This document shows, piece by piece, positions 60,248-64,000 of a stretch of DNA of 64,000 bases. A program made the translations under genes and the position numbers. The stretch is from an uncultured delta proteobacterium. GTDB taxonomy: Bacteria; Desulfobacterota; Desulfuromonadia; Geobacterales; Pseudopelobacteraceae. The notes under the pieces were generated by a model that worked only from the letters and a program-made list of their open reading frames with translations, searched no databases and was not told the origin of the DNA. The stretch is from the NCBI GenBank assembly GCA_963772835.1, contig CAVYYZ010000003.1, forward strand, positions 1 through 64,000. The letters are read 5' to 3'. Within the stretch, counting starts at the first letter, position 1, and the number at the start of each line of letters is the position of its first letter.

Positions 60248-62980
60248 ATGGGTAAAATTAGTGTGGGTAGTTTGGCGAAAACGTTGGGCGTAGAGCCTAA
60301 AGATGCTATAGCCAGACTCAAAGAAATTGGTGTTGACGCAAAAACAGCTACATCGCAGGTTGATGAGGGTGTCGTTGCGCGCTTGACTGCCCCCCAGCCG
60401 AAAGATACCGGTACCAATGAGGTCAGGGTCGCATCGAACATCATTCGCCGCAGAGCCAAGATTGTTCCGGTAGATGATACTGCCGAAGCAGATGTCGCTG
60501 TTGAAGCGGCACCTGTCCAGCAGCCGGCCGCTCTGCCTCCGGCCGCGGCACCAGTTGCAGTCCCTCCTGCTGAAGCTAAAGCACGCAGCACAGAGGACCA
60601 TGCGGAGACCGTTGCAGTTGCCGGTATAACAGCCACGGAACAGCCGGAACTTGCGGTAAAGCCCCCTGAGGTACTGAAGGCGGGACCGAACCAGGCCAGA
60701 ATTCTAGGTATGGTGGAGATTCACGGAGTTACCAATCGTGCTACCCGGGTGGTAACCAAAGAAACACCTGTCACGCCGCGCACCGCGCCTCAGCGTCCGG
60801 CTCAAGACCCGTCACAGCAGCGAAGGCCGGCACCAGCTGCGGCAGATCAGAGAAGGCCTGCTCCGGGAGCTGATGCACGGCGCCCGACACCGGGGTACGA
60901 GCAAAAACGGCCTGTTTCGACGGTGCCGTCCGCCCCTGCCACCGAGCTTGATCGCTCACGTATGAAGCAGGTACAGCTTGCCCCTGCAGCGCTTCCCGGC
61001 GGCGATAACCGGCGTGGCGGAAAGAAAGAAGGTCCTGGCTACGGAGATGCAGGCAAAGGAGCCAAGAAGGGCGCGCCGCCAGCCAAGAAGAAGGAACAGC
61101 CTCGCAAGAACGAAATTATTGAAAAACGTGAGCGGGCATTTGATCCGGCCTATAAAGGGTCAAAGAAGCGCGGGGGAAAAGAACGGGTTTCCGATACCAG
61201 AAAAACAGAAATCACCGTTCCGAAGGCAATCAAGCGTATCATTAAGATATCTGAAAGCATTTCAGTCGGAGAGCTTGCCAAACGACTCGGCATCAAGGCA
61301 AACGACCTTATTAAATCTCTGATGAAGATGGGAATGATGGTTACCATCAATCATGCTCTTGATTTTGATACCGCTGTTATTCTTGCGTCAGAATATGAAT
61401 ATGAAGTTGAAAATGTAGCGGTTGACCTGGATGAAATCCTCGAATCGACGGTTGATGCCCCGGAAACGCTGGTAACAAGACCTCCTGTTGTTACAATTAT
61501 GGGACATGTTGATCACGGCAAGACCTCACTTCTTGATGCAATTCGAGAAGCCAACGTCATAGCCGGCGAGGCCGGCGGCATCACTCAGCATATCGGAGCC
61601 TACGACGTCGAGTTGAACGGTCGCAAAATAACCTTTCTCGATACTCCCGGCCATGAAGCGTTTACCGCCATGCGTGCTCGCGGCGCCAAGGTCACCGACA
61701 TCGTCGTTCTCGTCGTGGCCGCAGATGATGGTGTCATGCCGCAGACGAAAGAAGCCATCAACCACTCAAAAGCCGCTGAAGTACCTATTATTGTTGCTAT
61801 CAATAAGATTGACAAGCCGGGTGCAAAGCCGGAAAAGGTCAAGCAGGAACTGACAGAGCAGGGCATTGTTTCCTCGGAATGGGGCGGAGACGTCACGATG
61901 GTGGAAGTTTCAGCGAAACAGCGCCTCAATCTGGAAGGTCTGCTTGAAATGATTCTGCTACAGGCGGATTTGATGGAGTTGACAGCTAACCCGAACAAGC
62001 TGGCCAAAGGAACCGTTGTCGAGGGAAAACTCGACAAGGGGCGTGGTCCTGTCGCCACCGTACTGGTGCAGGAAGGAACACTCAGAACCGGCGACTATTG
62101 TGTCGTTGGAGTTCATTCCGGGCGTGTCAGGGCGATGCAGAATGATCGCGGCGAAAAAATTACCGAGGCTGGCCCTTCCATGCCGGTTGAGCTGGTCGGA
62201 TTATCCGGCGTGCCGAATGCGGGTGATATCTTTGTCTCCATGAAGGATGAGAAACAGGCAAAGGAAATTGCCACACTTCGCCAGATCAAGATGCGCGAAG
62301 TCGAATTTGCCAAACATACAAAACTGTCGCTGGAAGACCTTTACAAGCGGATTCAGAGCGGAGAGGTTAAAGATCTCAATGTCGTTGTCAAGGGTGATGT
62401 TCAGGGTTCAGTTGAGGCCGTCAGCGAGACGCTGCGCAAACTTTCAACCGATGCGGTCCGTTTGAACGTCATTCACTCTGCCGTCGGTGCAGTTACCGAA
62501 ACTGACGTTAATCTGGCAGCGGCATCGAACGCCGTCATTATCGGCTTTAATGTCCGTCCTGAAGTCAAGGCACAGGGGCATGCCGAGCGTGAAGGGGTCG
62601 ATATCCGTCTTTACAGCATTATCTATGATGCTGTAGAGGATGTTAAAAAAGCCATGGAAGGCCTGCTGGATCCGACCTTCAAGGAAAAATTCCTCGGCCG
62701 GGTTGAAATCCGTGACGTATTTACCGTTCCTAAGTTCGGTAATGTCGCCGGTTGTTATGTTACTGACGGAAAGATGGTCCGCAACGCGCAGGTCCGCTTA
62801 TTGCGAGATAACGTGGTAGTATACGAAGGTAAAATGTCTTCGCTGCGTCGCTTTAAAGATGATGTCAAGGACGTTGCCACCGGATATGAATGCGGTATCG
62901 GGCTTGAAAACTATAATGACATCAAGGCTGGTGATATTATCGAAGCATTTGAAATGGAAAAAATCGCCGGAAAATTATAA
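60248..62980 (+). CDS. infB: Translation initiation factor IF-2
   Basis: [31 protein letters not shown]. Confidence 0.98.
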   Translation: MGKISVGSLAKTLGVEPKDAIARLKEIGVDAKTATSQVDEGVVARLTAPQPKDTGTNEVRVASNIIRRRAKIVPVDDTAEADVAVEAAPVQQPAALPPAAAPVAVPPAEAKARSTEDHAETVAVAGITATEQPELAVKPPEVLKAGPNQARILGMVEIHGVTNRATRVVTKETPVTPRTAPQRPAQDPSQQRRPAPAAADQRRPAPGADARRPTPGYEQKRPVSTVPSAPATELDRSRMKQVQLAPAALPGGDNRRGGKKEGPGYGDAGKGAKKGAPPAKKKEQPRKNEIIEKRERAFDPAYKGSKKRGGKERVSDTRKTEITVPKAIKRIIKISESISVGELAKRLGIKANDLIKSLMKMGMMVTINHALDFDTAVILASEYEYEVENVAVDLDEILESTVDAPETLVTRPPVVTIMGHVDHGKTSLLDAIREANVIAGEAGGITQHIGAYDVELNGRKITFLDTPGHEAFTAMRARGAKVTDIVVLVVAADDGVMPQTKEAINHSKAAEVPIIVAINKIDKPGAKPEKVKQELTEQGIVSSEWGGDVTMVEVSAKQRLNLEGLLEMILLQADLMELTANPNKLAKGTVVEGKLDKGRGPVATVLVQEGTLRTGDYCVVGVHSGRVRAMQNDRGEKITEAGPSMPVELVGLSGVPNAGDIFVSMKDEKQAKEIATLRQIKMREVEFAKHTKLSLEDLYKRIQSGEVKDLNVVVKGDVQGSVEAVSETLRKLSTDAVRLNVIHSAVGAVTETDVNLAAASNAVIIGFNVRPEVKAQGHAEREGVDIRLYSIIYDAVEDVKKAMEGLLDPTFKEKFLGRVEIRDVFTVPKFGNVAGCYVTDGKMVRNAQVRLLRDNVVVYEGKMSSLRRFKDDVKDVATGYECGIGLENYNDIKAGDIIEAFEMEKIAGKL

Positions 62981-62987
62981 ATCAGAC

Positions 62988-63026
62988 GAGGGATGAGAGT
63001 ATCCTTATACTCTCATCCCTCTTTTT
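62988..63026 (+). terminator. 15-bp perfect hairpin plus U-tract between infB and rbfA
   Basis: GAGGGATGAGAGTAT-cctt-ATACTCTCATCCCTC-TTTTT. Confidence 0.75.
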
Positions 63027-63037
63027 AGAGGTTTCAT

Positions 63038-63409
63038 ATGCAGCACAAACGTTCAGAAAAAGTTGCAGAAACCATTCAGGAAATTATATGTACGATCCTT
63101 TCACGGGGCCTTAACGATCCGCGGATCGGCTTTGTCACCATTACCGGCGTTGAGGTCACGGATGATCTGAGTCTGGCACGCATTTTTTTCACCGTTATCG
63201 GTGATGATACCGTAAAGAAAGAGACGGAAGCAGGGTTGAACAGCGCCAAAGGATTTATCCGCCGCGATATCGGCAAGAAGCTTACGATCCGGCATACGCC
63301 GGAACTTGTTTTCAAATACGATAAGTCTCTTGATTACGGCAGTCGGATAGAATCTCTTCTCAAGGAGATAAAAACTGAGCATGACGGAAACAATTCAACA
63401 GATCATTGA
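63038..63409 (+). CDS. rbfA: Ribosome-binding factor A
   Basis: DPRIGFVTIT, DLSLARIF, RHTPELVF. Confidence 0.95.
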   Translation: MQHKRSEKVAETIQEIICTILSRGLNDPRIGFVTITGVEVTDDLSLARIFFTVIGDDTVKKETEAGLNSAKGFIRRDIGKKLTIRHTPELVFKYDKSLDYGSRIESLLKEIKTEHDGNNSTDH

Positions 63410-64000
63410 AGTCATTCGTTCCAACTCAACTTTTCTTCTTACTACGCATGAAGGGCCGGATGGAGATGCAATCGGGTCATCTCTGGCGCTTGCCTCTTTT
63501 CTCCGCAACCTGGGTAAAGACGTAACCGTTCACTATCAGGATTCAGTTCCAGACCTGTATACTTTTCTTCCCGGTACAGACTCCGTTCTTTCGCATATTC
63601 CCGACCAACATTTCGATGTCTCATTCGTTCTTGATATCGGTGAGCGTAAGCGCGCCGGTAAAGAGTTCTGCGACTTTTCACGAGTTACCACAACGGTCAA
63701 TCTTGATCACCATCTTTCCTGCGAACATTTTGCCGATTACAACCTCATTGACTCCCAGGCCGCAGCAACCGGCATTCTGGTATACCGGATAGCCAGTGCT
63801 TACGGCTACCGTTTTGATCGCGATACCGCTCTCTGTATTTATGCCGCCGTAATAACCGATACCGGTTCGTTTCGCTACTCAAATGCCAATCGGGAGGCCT
63901 TTACAGTTGCCGGAGAAATGATCGAATGCGGTGTCAATGCCTGGGATGTGGCCGAGCAGCTGTATGAAAATCAACCGCAAAAGCGGCTTGAACTTTTGGC
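63381..64000 (+). CDS. nrnA: DHH-family phosphoesterase (NrnA-like), runs off the window end
   Basis: Not in the ORF track; hand translation MTETIQ...HEGPDGDAIGS...NLDHH...TDTGSFRYSN. Confidence 0.9.
   Translation, partial: MTETIQQIIEVIRSNSTFLLTTHEGPDGDAIGSSLALASFLRNLGKDVTVHYQDSVPDLYTFLPGTDSVLSHIPDQHFDVSFVLDIGERKRAGKEFCDFSRVTTTVNLDHHLSCEHFADYNLIDSQAAATGILVYRIASAYGYRFDRDTALCIYAAVITDTGSFRYSNANREAFTVAGEMIECGVNAWDVAEQLYENQPQKRLELL

Overview
Mostly core chromosome of an anaerobic Deltaproteobacterium, most likely Geobacteraceae/Desulfuromonadales (inferred from gene order and protein style, not from a database search). In order: bioB-bioD, metY, queD-queE, rlmD, ihfB, an OmpA/lipoprotein trio, ppx, malQ, the yceD-rpmF-plsX-fabHDG-acpP-fabF-rpiB-glyA block, bioA, a sigma54 regulator, corA, a phosphate locus (psiE-like, phoBR, pstSCAB, phoU), tRNA-Asp, nrdJ with NrdR boxes, phoH, tsaD, rsmA, rmuC, a lone sucA, a LysM/PilB-type trio and rimP-nusA-ylxR-infB-rbfA-nrnA. 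Unusual parts: (1) Bases 1-1253 are accessory DNA (TA-like pair, WcaI remnant, IS21 end and istB tail) joined in mid-gene to a 5'-truncated bioB, which is either a deletion scar or an assembly chimera. (2) A four-layer nested set of different inverted-repeat miniature elements follows metY, with related elements between the pst genes. (3) A Pho-box/-10 geometry is shared by pstS, phoB and an uncharacterised 64-aa Cys-rich protein plus PsiE-like gene. No CRISPR array, prophage or intact transposase is visible.
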